Positions 50,459-59,990 of a stretch of 64,000 nucleotides of DNA are shown here, in pieces. The position numbers were made by a program, and so were the translations under genes. The notes beneath the pieces were generated by a model. The model had not been told where the DNA came from. It saw only the letters and a program-made list of their open reading frames with translations, and did no database searches. This stretch comes from a virus (lineage: Duplodnaviria > Caudoviricetes): IMG/VR virus record IMGVR_UViG_3300009108_000480; one strand, given 5' to 3'. Within the stretch, counting starts at the first letter, position 1. Each line of letters starts with the position of its first letter.

Positions 50459-50835
50459 TGGCAAATTCTTATACAAACCTACCTCCTAAAGATAAAAATC
50501 AGTTAGATAAAACAATTGAAAAATTAACTACATCAAATTATCAAGAAGAATTTCAATTTAACGTTGGTGAATATGACGCGGCAATTGCCTTTTTTGTTAA
50601 AAGAGGATTTTCAAGAAGTGCGGCCGAAACAACTGCTTATATAATTTTACAACAAGCAAAAATAGATTCGGTAAGTCCTCAACAAATTTTAGATCAACTT
50701 ACAGTCTCCTCTCCAGCTCAACTTTCTGAATTAATAACAATTATATTAAATGCCAATAGATATAAATCAAGTAGATTAGGAGTAAGGCAAACTCGTACAA
50801 CGAAAGATACTGTGTCTAGAAACATTCTAGACTAA
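50458..50835 (+). CDS. hypothetical tail/baseplate protein
   Basis: Coupled ORF, 125 aa. Confidence 0.6.
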   Translation: MANSYTNLPPKDKNQLDKTIEKLTTSNYQEEFQFNVGEYDAAIAFFVKRGFSRSAAETTAYIILQQAKIDSVSPQQILDQLTVSSPAQLSELITIILNANRYKSSRLGVRQTRTTKDTVSRNILD

Positions 50836-51275
50836 TGATACCAAGATTTGCTAAAGGAAAATTTTCATTAAAAAATCCAGAAAAATATGTTGGACTAAAA
50901 ACGCCAACTTATAGAAGTAGTTGGGAACACGGATTTATGAGATTATGTGATGAACATCCTAACGTATATAAATGGGCTAGTGAATCAATAAAAATACCTT
51001 ATAGGCACCCATTAACAGGCAAGTATACAATCTATGTACCGGATTTTTTCATTGTTTACATGGACAAAGAAGGGCGTAAACACGCCGAAATGGTTGAAGT
51101 TAAGCCATTGTCCCAGACTTCTCTAGAATCTGCTGGTAAAAGTATGGGCAAAAAGAAACAAGTTATAATTAATCGTGCTAAATGGGAGGCCGCTTCTGCC
51201 TATGCTCGACAAAATAAAATGATATTTAGAGTAGTATCAGAAGACCAATTATTCCATCAAGGTACACGTAAATAA
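50835..51275 (+). CDS. head completion nuclease, gp4-like (TnsA-N fold)
   Basis: YRSSWE, WASESIKIPY, YVPDF, EVKP, KWEAA. Confidence 0.88.
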   Translation: MIPRFAKGKFSLKNPEKYVGLKTPTYRSSWEHGFMRLCDEHPNVYKWASESIKIPYRHPLTGKYTIYVPDFFIVYMDKEGRKHAEMVEVKPLSQTSLESAGKSMGKKKQVIINRAKWEAASAYARQNKMIFRVVSEDQLFHQGTRK

Positions 51276-51280
51276 TCAAA

Positions 51281-51829
51281 ATGACTAAAAAGTTAGAAGA
51301 CATATTAAATTTACCAAACGTTAAAGAAGCATTTGCTAAAGTAGATGCAAAAGAAAAAGAAAAAGAAACTAAACAAATAAATGGTACTGTACCTAAAAAT
51401 GTCGATCCAATTACTGCAAAAAATTTAGAAAAAACATATGCTGAATTTGATAAAATTGCGGCCTCATTACCTCAAGTAAAAGGACTAGGAGAACTGTCAG
51501 ATTTAGAATTAGATAAATTAGCAACCGAGGCAGAAGAATCATATAAGAATTTAATGGACTTGGGTATGAACGTAGACTCACGTTATTCAGGACGTATTTT
51601 TGAGGTTGCAAGTACTATGTTACGTAATGCCATAGATGCAAAAGGCTCTAAAATAGACAAAAAACTAAAAATGGTGGAATTACAACTTAAAAAGCTAAAA
51701 ATAGACAAAACAGGTAAAGACGACTTGGGTACTATTGAAGAAAGTGACGGATTTGTTATATCAGATCGTAACGAATTAATGAAGAAGTTGCTTAAAACAG
51801 ATGACGCCAAGAGTGAAGATAAAGACTAA
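51281..51829 (+). CDS. probable terminase small subunit (gp16-like)
   Basis: Helical; LMDLGMNV..RYSGRIFEVASTML; near the large terminase. Confidence 0.55.
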   Translation: MTKKLEDILNLPNVKEAFAKVDAKEKEKETKQINGTVPKNVDPITAKNLEKTYAEFDKIAASLPQVKGLGELSDLELDKLATEAEESYKNLMDLGMNVDSRYSGRIFEVASTMLRNAIDAKGSKIDKKLKMVELQLKKLKIDKTGKDDLGTIEESDGFVISDRNELMKKLLKTDDAKSEDKD

Positions 51830-51840
51830 ATAGTACTAAT

Positions 51841-52440
51841 ATGAGCACGTTTACAAAATATCTAACAGAATCAGTTAAGACCTATGAATATAAAATCAAA
51901 ATAGCGGGTGATATTGAAAAAGGCTTCGCTAATCGTTTGGAAACTGCTTGTCAAAAATTTGAAATACAAAAATTATCAGCAGGAAAGAAAACTCCAATAC
52001 AATCGCTACCTTTAGACTTTCCAACAATAAAAAATGAATCTGTTACAATTTTCGATCTTCAAACTTCTTATCCAGTTGCAGTAAATGAATTAAGAGAATA
52101 TATTGCTGATTATATGAGAATTTCTCCAGCTTGTGTAGTTGTAAGAAAACCAGGAGAACCATCAGAAGAATATCAAGAAACAATTGCAAATGCAACTAAA
52201 TCAGAATACAAAAATAAACTTCATGACATAGAATATAAAGACGCACCTAAAGTAAATGCAGAAGATTTTCATTCTACGAAAGCAAACATGAGTTTGTTAA
52301 AAGAATTATTAAAAGACAGAGATCTTAATAAGGAAGAAACTCCAAAAGAAAAAGAAAATATTACAACTAAAGAAGACTCACCAGCAGATTCTCCATTTAC
52401 AAAAACAACAAATCCACATCCGGATCCAAAGAGAAAATAA
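51841..52440 (+). CDS. hypothetical late protein
   Basis: 199 aa with its own CTAAATA box. Confidence 0.65.
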   Translation: MSTFTKYLTESVKTYEYKIKIAGDIEKGFANRLETACQKFEIQKLSAGKKTPIQSLPLDFPTIKNESVTIFDLQTSYPVAVNELREYIADYMRISPACVVVRKPGEPSEEYQETIANATKSEYKNKLHDIEYKDAPKVNAEDFHSTKANMSLLKELLKDRDLNKEETPKEKENITTKEDSPADSPFTKTTNPHPDPKRK

Positions 52441-52442
52441 TT

Positions 52443-52511
52443 ATGCCTTGTAATAATCCAAATTGTCAGTGTGAAAATTGTACTTGTGAAAATTGTACTT
52501 GCAGAGAATAA
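52443..52511 (+). CDS. 22-aa Cys-rich metallothionein-like microprotein (MPCNNPNCQCENCTCENCTCRE)
   Basis: Fills an operon gap exactly (2 nt after the previous stop, 3 nt before the next ATG); 7 Cys in CxC motifs. Confidence 0.65.
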   Translation: MPCNNPNCQCENCTCENCTCRE

Positions 52512-52514
52512 ATT

Positions 52515-54008
52515 ATGGAAATGGTTGACGTTTTACAAAAACTAAAAGAAATTACTAACAAATCTCCAGAAGTTGCAAAAGCAATTAAAAGTGTAGAATC
52601 AACAACTAATCCAAAAACCGAAGTTGCACCTCCAGGAAGAGAAAAACAAGTAAAAGCATTAAAAGGAAAAGTAGACAATCCTTATGCAGTTGCTTGGTCA
52701 TCTTATAATAAATCTAAAGGCAAAAAAGAATCAATAAAAGAAGGCGGAATGTCAGACGTACATATTGGTGCACAAGAAAAAGTTGGTGAATATGTTGATC
52801 AAGACGGCAATCTTTCGGCACCTAAACAAGATGTATTACAATCATTAGAACAACAAAGAGCATCAGCTCCTTTTCCAGAATCATATGAAATTGAAACTGC
52901 AATAAAAATGGTACAAGATGATTTTGATGACAACGGTCAAGCAAAAGCAGAATATGAACCTGATCCAGAAGACAATATTCCACACGATGTAGATACACAA
53001 ATGAATATGGACGCACCAGCAGAAGAACAACCAATAAAAGAAGCACCAAATCCTAAAAGAGAAGCTATACAAACTCTTGAAGCATTAAGAGATATGGTTA
53101 TGGAATTACCTATATCCGATGATGCTAAAACTTCGGCCCATACAGCATTAGATCAAGTGTCAGACGATATCATGATGGACACAGCTACTGATGAAGAAGC
53201 AACTGCAGAAGAACCAAAAATTGAAGAAGATACTCTTAATATAAATGGAATGACAACTGAAGAAGATGTTATTAGCATGATTCAAGATACTATAAGTGCT
53301 GGAAAAGGTGACGATGCAAAAGATTACCTAGAACAGTTTAAACAGTATCTATTTGTAAAATCAGGTGGACGAGCGGAGTCAAAAGAACTAAATACAGAAA
53401 CAATGAAAAAAGAAGATAAAAAACCCCTTAAAGAAGCAATTACAATGTCTGCAGACACACCTCAAGAAGCAGGTATGTTAATGCAAATTTTAAAACTTGC
53501 AGGTGTACAACAAGTAACACCTGATATGATTGGTGCAGAAGAACCAACAGCAGATGTACCAACTAATGATGCCGATCACGATCATAACAACGACGGCGAA
53601 CAAGATCACGCACCACAAGATTGTAATGTTTGCTCTGGTGACGATGCAATTGGCTCACAAGGAATGGGTAATATGAGAGATATAATCTCTAAAAATGATA
53701 ATGATGAACAAGCAGAAGAAACTTGGGATAATGCACCAGATGAAAAAGTTGACGACCTTGACACATTAGTGAACGTTCATTCAGGTGGCTTAAACAAACA
53801 AAAACAACAAGTAAGAAAAGAATATCCAGGTGACAATCCACTTGCCGCCGAAGATAAAATTAGCGAAGAAGATTTAGCCAATAGTTTAAGAACACAATAC
53901 GAAGGCTTTAAAAAATCTTACCAAGAAGCAACAAAAGTTGCTGAAACAAAAGCAGAACCAAAAGAAGAAGAAGAAGTAAAGAAAGAAGCTGTTGCTGACA
54001 AAAAATAA
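52515..54008 (+). CDS. acidic putative internal head/core protein
   Basis: 497 aa, D/E-rich, low complexity, with a QILKLAGV motif. Confidence 0.55.
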   Translation: MEMVDVLQKLKEITNKSPEVAKAIKSVESTTNPKTEVAPPGREKQVKALKGKVDNPYAVAWSSYNKSKGKKESIKEGGMSDVHIGAQEKVGEYVDQDGNLSAPKQDVLQSLEQQRASAPFPESYEIETAIKMVQDDFDDNGQAKAEYEPDPEDNIPHDVDTQMNMDAPAEEQPIKEAPNPKREAIQTLEALRDMVMELPISDDAKTSAHTALDQVSDDIMMDTATDEEATAEEPKIEEDTLNINGMTTEEDVISMIQDTISAGKGDDAKDYLEQFKQYLFVKSGGRAESKELNTETMKKEDKKPLKEAITMSADTPQEAGMLMQILKLAGVQQVTPDMIGAEEPTADVPTNDADHDHNNDGEQDHAPQDCNVCSGDDAIGSQGMGNMRDIISKNDNDEQAEETWDNAPDEKVDDLDTLVNVHSGGLNKQKQQVRKEYPGDNPLAAEDKISEEDLANSLRTQYEGFKKSYQEATKVAETKAEPKEEEEVKKEAVADKK

Positions 54009-54020
54009 AAACAATCAAAT

Positions 54021-54239
54021 ATGAGCATAAACGGAAAAGTAAAATGGTATAATGGAACCAAAGGATTTGGTTTTATTGCCAGAGAAGACAACGAAAAAGA
54101 TGTATTTGTTCACAGAACGGCTCTTCAAGCCGCAGGTATACCCAACCTGAGAGAAGGTGAACAATTAACATTTGATGTAGATATAGCGGCAAAAGGACCT
54201 TGCGCCGTTAATTTACAAAAACCTGACATAAACAGTTAG
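54021..54239 (+). CDS. csp: cold-shock domain protein
   Basis: GKVKWYN, RNP1 KGFGFI, RNP2 VFVH. Confidence 0.93.
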   Translation: MSINGKVKWYNGTKGFGFIAREDNEKDVFVHRTALQAAGIPNLREGEQLTFDVDIAAKGPCAVNLQKPDINS

Positions 54240-54274
54240 TTTTCTTAACATAAAATAGCCTTAAATACAACACT

Positions 54275-55870
54275 ATGGCGTATGTATCGTTAGACAGTGA
54301 ACAGGTAAAACGTGCCCATAAAAAGCACAAATATACCAAAGAACAAGTCTTACAACTCGAACAGTGTATGAACACAAAGACTGGACCGTTGTATTTCATG
54401 GAAACATTTATGAGAATACAACATCCAACTAAAGGTGAAATGGCTTTTCATCCTTATTCTTTTCAAAAAAGATTAATTGAATCATATAACAATTATCGAT
54501 TTTCTGTATCAATGCTACCACGACAAACAGGTAAAACAACCTGTGCGGCAGGATATATTATTTGGTATGCTATGTTCCATCCAGATTCATCTATATTAAT
54601 TGCGGCACACAAATACGCAGGTGCGTCTGACATTATGTCACGTGTAAGATTTTCATACGAAATGTTACCTGAATGGATTAAAGCTGGAGTAACGCAATAC
54701 AATAGAAATTCTATAGAATTTGACAATGGTTCAAAAATAATAGCAACTACTACAACTGAAAATACTGGGCGGGGTATGTCTTTAACAATGATATATTGTG
54801 ATGAGTTTGCATTCGTGCAACCACCAGATAAAGCAAAAGAATTTTGGACGTCACTATCTCCTACCTTGTCAACAGGAGGTAAGTGTATGATTACATCAAC
54901 TCCAAACTCTGATGAAGATCAATTTGCGTTAATTTGGAAAGAAGCTAATAAAAAATTCGATGAATACGGCAATGATAAAATTGTAGGAACTAATGGCTTC
55001 TATGCCATGAAAGCTCACTGGTCAGAACATCCTGAACGAGATGATAAGTGGGCAGAAACTGAAAAAGCAAGAATAGGTGAGGAAAGATTTAGACGAGAAC
55101 ACGAATGTGAGTTTATAATCTTTGATGAAACATTAATTAACTCTACAACATTAGCAGAAATGGAAGGTACTCTTCCTATAGAAAGTACAGGACAGGTACG
55201 TTGGTATAAAAGACCCACACCAGGACATACATATATGGTATCATTAGATCCAAGCATGGGTACAGGTGGCGACTATGCGGCTATACAAGTATTTGAATTG
55301 CCAACATTTGAGCAAGTTGCAGAATGGCGTCATAATGAAACACCAATGAATCAGCAAATTAGAATATTACAAGGAATTACCAAACATATACATGACACTA
55401 TAATAGAGAAAGATGCAGGTGCTACTCCACAAATATTTTATTCAATGGAAAATAATGCAATTGGTGAGGCGGCACTTTTAAGAGTTATGGATATTGGCGA
55501 AGAAAATATTATAGGTATGTTCTTATCAGAACCTATTAGAAGAGGACATAGACGAAAATTTAGAAGAGGATTTAATACTACTGCAAAACATAAAATTGAT
55601 GCTTGTACAAAATTTAAAGAACTTGTAGAAAATAACAAACTACAAATTAACTCTAAATTGCTTATAACAGAATTAAAGGATTTTGTTGCAATAGGTATGA
55701 GTTATAAAGCTAAACCAGGACAACACGACGATTTAGTTAGTGCTTGTTTATTAATGACACGTATGATAAAAGTACTTGCAGATTTTGATCCTAAAATATT
55801 CGAAAAATGGACTGATAGAACATCTGAATGGACTGCACCAATGCCAATCTTCGCAAACCTATACGGATAA
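54275..55870 (+). CDS. gp17: terminase large subunit
   Basis: PRQTGKT Walker A, YCDEFAF Walker B, nuclease SLDP...GDY and HDDLV. Confidence 0.95.
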   Translation: MAYVSLDSEQVKRAHKKHKYTKEQVLQLEQCMNTKTGPLYFMETFMRIQHPTKGEMAFHPYSFQKRLIESYNNYRFSVSMLPRQTGKTTCAAGYIIWYAMFHPDSSILIAAHKYAGASDIMSRVRFSYEMLPEWIKAGVTQYNRNSIEFDNGSKIIATTTTENTGRGMSLTMIYCDEFAFVQPPDKAKEFWTSLSPTLSTGGKCMITSTPNSDEDQFALIWKEANKKFDEYGNDKIVGTNGFYAMKAHWSEHPERDDKWAETEKARIGEERFRREHECEFIIFDETLINSTTLAEMEGTLPIESTGQVRWYKRPTPGHTYMVSLDPSMGTGGDYAAIQVFELPTFEQVAEWRHNETPMNQQIRILQGITKHIHDTIIEKDAGATPQIFYSMENNAIGEAALLRVMDIGEENIIGMFLSEPIRRGHRRKFRRGFNTTAKHKIDACTKFKELVENNKLQINSKLLITELKDFVAIGMSYKAKPGQHDDLVSACLLMTRMIKVLADFDPKIFEKWTDRTSEWTAPMPIFANLYG

Positions 55871-55882
55871 TAAATACACTAT

Positions 55883-57931
55883 ATGAACCCAAAAACATCA
55901 TCTGACTTGTTTAACAAAATACGATCGCAATTTTCTAACATAGAAATAGGTGATCCTACAGGTCAACCTACAGCAGATCCCAGTCAAGCTGTATTCTTTG
56001 ATTTTGAATTTAAGGAAGATGCTGATACATATGGACGTGTAAGTATATCACTTGCTGATGAAGAAAATATGAAGGTGTTTTATAACCGTGATTTAGTAGA
56101 AAAAATCGACGATGACAGCAGAGATGAATGGTATGCTTTTTTAAAAGAATTAAAAGACTTTGCAGTGGAACATTCATTAAGATTTGATGTTAGAGATATT
56201 ACTAAATCGAACCTAACGAAGCAAGATTATAAGAACCTAGCAGATACGAACGCAACGGTAAATACTGATACAATGTCAGAAGAATTAAACAGAATTACAA
56301 CATTAGCAGGTGTTAAAGAAACCGAAGACAAACAAAAACCTACTGATAAAGAAATTAAACAAGCAAAAGGTATTGCTTTTGATAAACGATACAAAGGTGG
56401 CAACTACACCGGAGCATCAAACACTATTGATAAACTTAAAAAAGGATTATCACAACATCCAGATGTTGCTGATGCATTAAAAAGAGCAAACGAGGCAGTT
56501 AAAGAAGGTATGACTGGTACAACTCGATCTTCATACGAAAACCTAGATAAAACAAGATTAATAATTAGACATTCAGGACCAGTTGACGAAAACGTACCTG
56601 GTGCAAGATCAAGACATATTAATTCATTATACATTGAAAATGAAGATGGTGAAAGATTTAAATATCCAATTACTCATTTAGCAGGTGCAAGAGCAATGAC
56701 TAGGCACGTTGCTAACGGTGGAAGACCACATGATGAATTTGGGCAACACATTGTCAAAACATCAGAAAATATTGCACAATTAAATTCGTTTTCTAGATAT
56801 GTTTCTCATAAAGATCAATTAAATGATAATGCTGGTGACATAATTGAACAAACAAAATTAAAATTAGAAAATTTAAGACAATATATGAGAAGCCTAAACA
56901 AACAATCACACTATGATGAAACTTTTAAAAACTTTAAACCATCAGCAGTTGCAGAATTAAGTGATGATGAACGAAGTGCATATAGAGAAAAATTTACAAT
57001 GAAACATCTTGACAACAGAGTTGAAGATGTTTTACCATTAATTCACAACATTATGCAAGAATATGAACCAGATCCAACTGATAAAGATGCAAAAGTAGAA
57101 CCAATTGTAGACCACGGAGCAATAGTACAAGGATTTTTAACTGATCCAAACAAAAAATTAATTTTAAGAAAAGACGAATCGGCAGATAAAATGTTATCTG
57201 TAACAAAATTTACTAATAATAACACAATGTTAGGTTCAATACTTTCAGACATAGCGTCTAGAATGCTTACACAAGATGCCAACGAAGAAAGAGTTGCCAA
57301 CTTTGCATCTAGAGTTGCTGACGGTTTAGAAAGAGAAGGTGAATTGTTTAATGATCCAGATAGCGATTGGCCAAAAAATAAATCAATTGCGATTCAACTT
57401 GCACGAAGATATATTGACGATTATAAAAAAATGCAAAAAGATCCTGCATATGCAGAAGAAGTAAGAATGGATGCTGGTGCATTTAAACCAAAAGCACATC
57501 CAAAATTAGACAAAAAAGCAAAAGGTGAAACAGCAGAATTTGAAGAATGGGTTGATGATACAATTAATCCTAAACAAGAACCAGCACCTAAAGAAAAAGC
57601 ATTTGCAGGAGAAGACTTAAAATTTGAAGATATTAAACCTTATGTGTCTATGTACAAAGGTGACGATGGCAAGACAGTTCATGATGTATTAGACAAAGAT
57701 GGTAAATCGACATATAAAACAAATAATCCTAAAGACGCAATGAATTATTTGTCAAAAAACTTTAGCAAACTTCGAGGAGATTCATCTAAGAAACAAGAAT
57801 CATTAAACGAATCAAGAACTAAAATAGTAGAAGCAATTAAATCTAAAGTAGCAAAAGAAGATACAGGGTTTAATATTGCTGGTGTTGAAGGCGAAGTCGA
57901 AAGAATAACTCAACTAGCAAATTACCAATAA
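55883..57931 (+). CDS. large putative head/core protein
   Basis: 682 aa with a late promoter; RITTLAGV and RITQLANY motifs. Confidence 0.55.
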   Translation: MNPKTSSDLFNKIRSQFSNIEIGDPTGQPTADPSQAVFFDFEFKEDADTYGRVSISLADEENMKVFYNRDLVEKIDDDSRDEWYAFLKELKDFAVEHSLRFDVRDITKSNLTKQDYKNLADTNATVNTDTMSEELNRITTLAGVKETEDKQKPTDKEIKQAKGIAFDKRYKGGNYTGASNTIDKLKKGLSQHPDVADALKRANEAVKEGMTGTTRSSYENLDKTRLIIRHSGPVDENVPGARSRHINSLYIENEDGERFKYPITHLAGARAMTRHVANGGRPHDEFGQHIVKTSENIAQLNSFSRYVSHKDQLNDNAGDIIEQTKLKLENLRQYMRSLNKQSHYDETFKNFKPSAVAELSDDERSAYREKFTMKHLDNRVEDVLPLIHNIMQEYEPDPTDKDAKVEPIVDHGAIVQGFLTDPNKKLILRKDESADKMLSVTKFTNNNTMLGSILSDIASRMLTQDANEERVANFASRVADGLEREGELFNDPDSDWPKNKSIAIQLARRYIDDYKKMQKDPAYAEEVRMDAGAFKPKAHPKLDKKAKGETAEFEEWVDDTINPKQEPAPKEKAFAGEDLKFEDIKPYVSMYKGDDGKTVHDVLDKDGKSTYKTNNPKDAMNYLSKNFSKLRGDSSKKQESLNESRTKIVEAIKSKVAKEDTGFNIAGVEGEVERITQLANYQ

Positions 57932-57941
57932 TTTTTTACAC

Positions 57942-57970
57942 TCGACGATTTAATTTAAATACTGTATAAT
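57942..57970 (+). promoter_or_regulatory. sigma70-type promoter with nested late box
   Basis: TCGACG-N17-TATAAT; TTAAATA at 57955-61. Confidence 0.55.
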
Positions 57971-57978
57971 TAGGTATA

Positions 57979-59499
57979 ATGAACTATCACGCAGTATTTG
58001 TTTTTAATCCATTTTCAAAAATTGATGCTATGCCCATGGCGCCTGCATTATTAAAAGCTATATGTGATGCAAATGGCCTCAAAACTACAACATTAGATTA
58101 CAATATAGAATTACAAATCGCATATTTTAATAAAAAAATTGCTGTTGATGTGGAACAATATCTAATGCATTTTTCTAAAATGTCTATTGAAGCATATGAC
58201 TGGTATCATCAATGGGTGGAAGAAAAAGCAAAAGAATTAATAAATTTAAATGCTAATTGGATAGGATTTTCATTATTAAGTTATCAAAGTTTAACATTTA
58301 CACACGATATTTGTTATTATATAAAAAAAAATAAACCCGAACAAAAAATTATACTTGGTGGACAAGGTATTAGTAAAGATGATAATACTAACGGTTCTTA
58401 CAGAAATAATAAAAAAATGCCAGATGTACTACTAGAAACTGGACTATGTGATACTATTATAATAAACGAAAGTGAAAGTTTGTTAATTGATATTCTACTT
58501 AATAATAAAAAAGGAAAATTTAATACTAAAGTACAATTAACAGCCGAAGACCTAAACCAATTACCTACTCCATCATATATTGATTATAAATTAGATCTTT
58601 ATAAAAACGCTTCAAATGATTTTCTCTCAGCTGAACAAAAATCAGTTTTGTATAAACAAGGTGTTGCGGCTACTATAACTGGTTCTAAAGGATGTGTGAG
58701 AAGATGTACATTTTGTGATGTATTTTCATTTGAACCGAAATTTGTTTTTAAAGACGGTAATAAAGTTGCTGAGGAAATGATTGAAATATATGAAAAACAA
58801 GGAATAACAAATTTTATGTTATCTGATTCATTAATAAACGGATCAATGAAAGCATTTAGACAAATGAATACAGCACTTGCAAAAAAACTACCACGAACAA
58901 TAAGTTATTATGGTGAATATATAGCACGACCGGAAGGACAAACTACTAACGAGGATTATCATCTTATGGCCGAAGCAGGTTGCAAACACGTTATTGTTGG
59001 TGTTGAATCTGGCAGTGAAGCTGTACGAAATCATATGAGGAAAAAATTTACAAACGATGATTTACATTTAATGATTGAAAGTCTTTATAACGTTGGTATC
59101 ACTCAAGAATGGAATATAATGACTGGCTATATTACTGAAACAAGAAAAGATTTTGAAGATACACTTGCGTTAGTAAAAAAATATAAAGATATTCCATTTC
59201 CAAAAATGATCGTTAATCCAGTTGGGGTATTACATTTATTACCAGGATCTCCATTATATGATACTCATGCTAGACAACTAGAAATTACCTGGGAAGATAT
59301 AAAACCCGGAGTAGGATTAATATATGATTATTGGTATAGTAAACAAAATCCAACTAACACGTTTGTTAATAGGATAACTTGGTGGACTGAATTAATCGAA
59401 TATTGTCATGATCACGGATACATGACAGAATATAGATATAATACAAAGAAGGCAACTGCTAATCGATTAATCCAGGCCTGGAACGAAAATAAAAAATAA
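57979..59499 (+). CDS. cobalamin-binding radical SAM protein
   Basis: N-terminal B12-binding-like domain (IGFSLL, IILGG); GCVRRCTFC; GVESGS. Confidence 0.85.
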   Translation: MNYHAVFVFNPFSKIDAMPMAPALLKAICDANGLKTTTLDYNIELQIAYFNKKIAVDVEQYLMHFSKMSIEAYDWYHQWVEEKAKELINLNANWIGFSLLSYQSLTFTHDICYYIKKNKPEQKIILGGQGISKDDNTNGSYRNNKKMPDVLLETGLCDTIIINESESLLIDILLNNKKGKFNTKVQLTAEDLNQLPTPSYIDYKLDLYKNASNDFLSAEQKSVLYKQGVAATITGSKGCVRRCTFCDVFSFEPKFVFKDGNKVAEEMIEIYEKQGITNFMLSDSLINGSMKAFRQMNTALAKKLPRTISYYGEYIARPEGQTTNEDYHLMAEAGCKHVIVGVESGSEAVRNHMRKKFTNDDLHLMIESLYNVGITQEWNIMTGYITETRKDFEDTLALVKKYKDIPFPKMIVNPVGVLHLLPGSPLYDTHARQLEITWEDIKPGVGLIYDYWYSKQNPTNTFVNRITWWTELIEYCHDHGYMTEYRYNTKKATANRLIQAWNENKK

Positions 59500-59500
59500 A

Positions 59501-59905
59501 ATGATTAATTTTAATATTGAAATTGGTAAAAAAACCAATAAATGTCCTGCAGGCAAAATTATTTTTAATAACAAAATAATTCATACTGGAGAATATAATA
59601 AGAATTCTTTTGAGTTAAAACCTGTTATAGGTACAAACACATTATCGATTAGTTTAGAAAACAAAAATGATGGCGATACTGTGTTAAAAGGAAATAAAAT
59701 TACAGAAGATATATTTATTATTGTGAAAGATATACAATGTCAAATTACCAAAGACTCTACTAATCAATTTGATACAATAGGATCTTACATTACTGACGAC
59801 GGAAAAGCTGAAAAAACTCATGGCTATTTGTCATATAATGGTACCTATACTTTTAAATTTGATTATCCATTCTTTATTTTCAATAAAAATAAGATTTTTT
59901 ACTAG
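59501..59905 (+). CDS. hypothetical partner of the radical SAM protein
   Basis: Starts 1 nt after the radical SAM stop; same AT-rich composition. Confidence 0.6.
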   Translation: MINFNIEIGKKTNKCPAGKIIFNNKIIHTGEYNKNSFELKPVIGTNTLSISLENKNDGDTVLKGNKITEDIFIIVKDIQCQITKDSTNQFDTIGSYITDDGKAEKTHGYLSYNGTYTFKFDYPFFIFNKNKIFY

Positions 59906-59931
59906 ACATTATTAGATAAATATAGTAGTAT
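59903..59931 (+). promoter_or_regulatory. dual promoter for gp32 (sigma70-type with nested late box)
   Basis: TAGACA-N17-TAGTAT with ATAAATA (59916-22) in the spacer. Confidence 0.6.
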
Positions 59932-59990
59932 ATTAAGAAGCTTAATATATTTAGGCAAAACAAACATAGGCAAATAAGGAGGCTTACATT

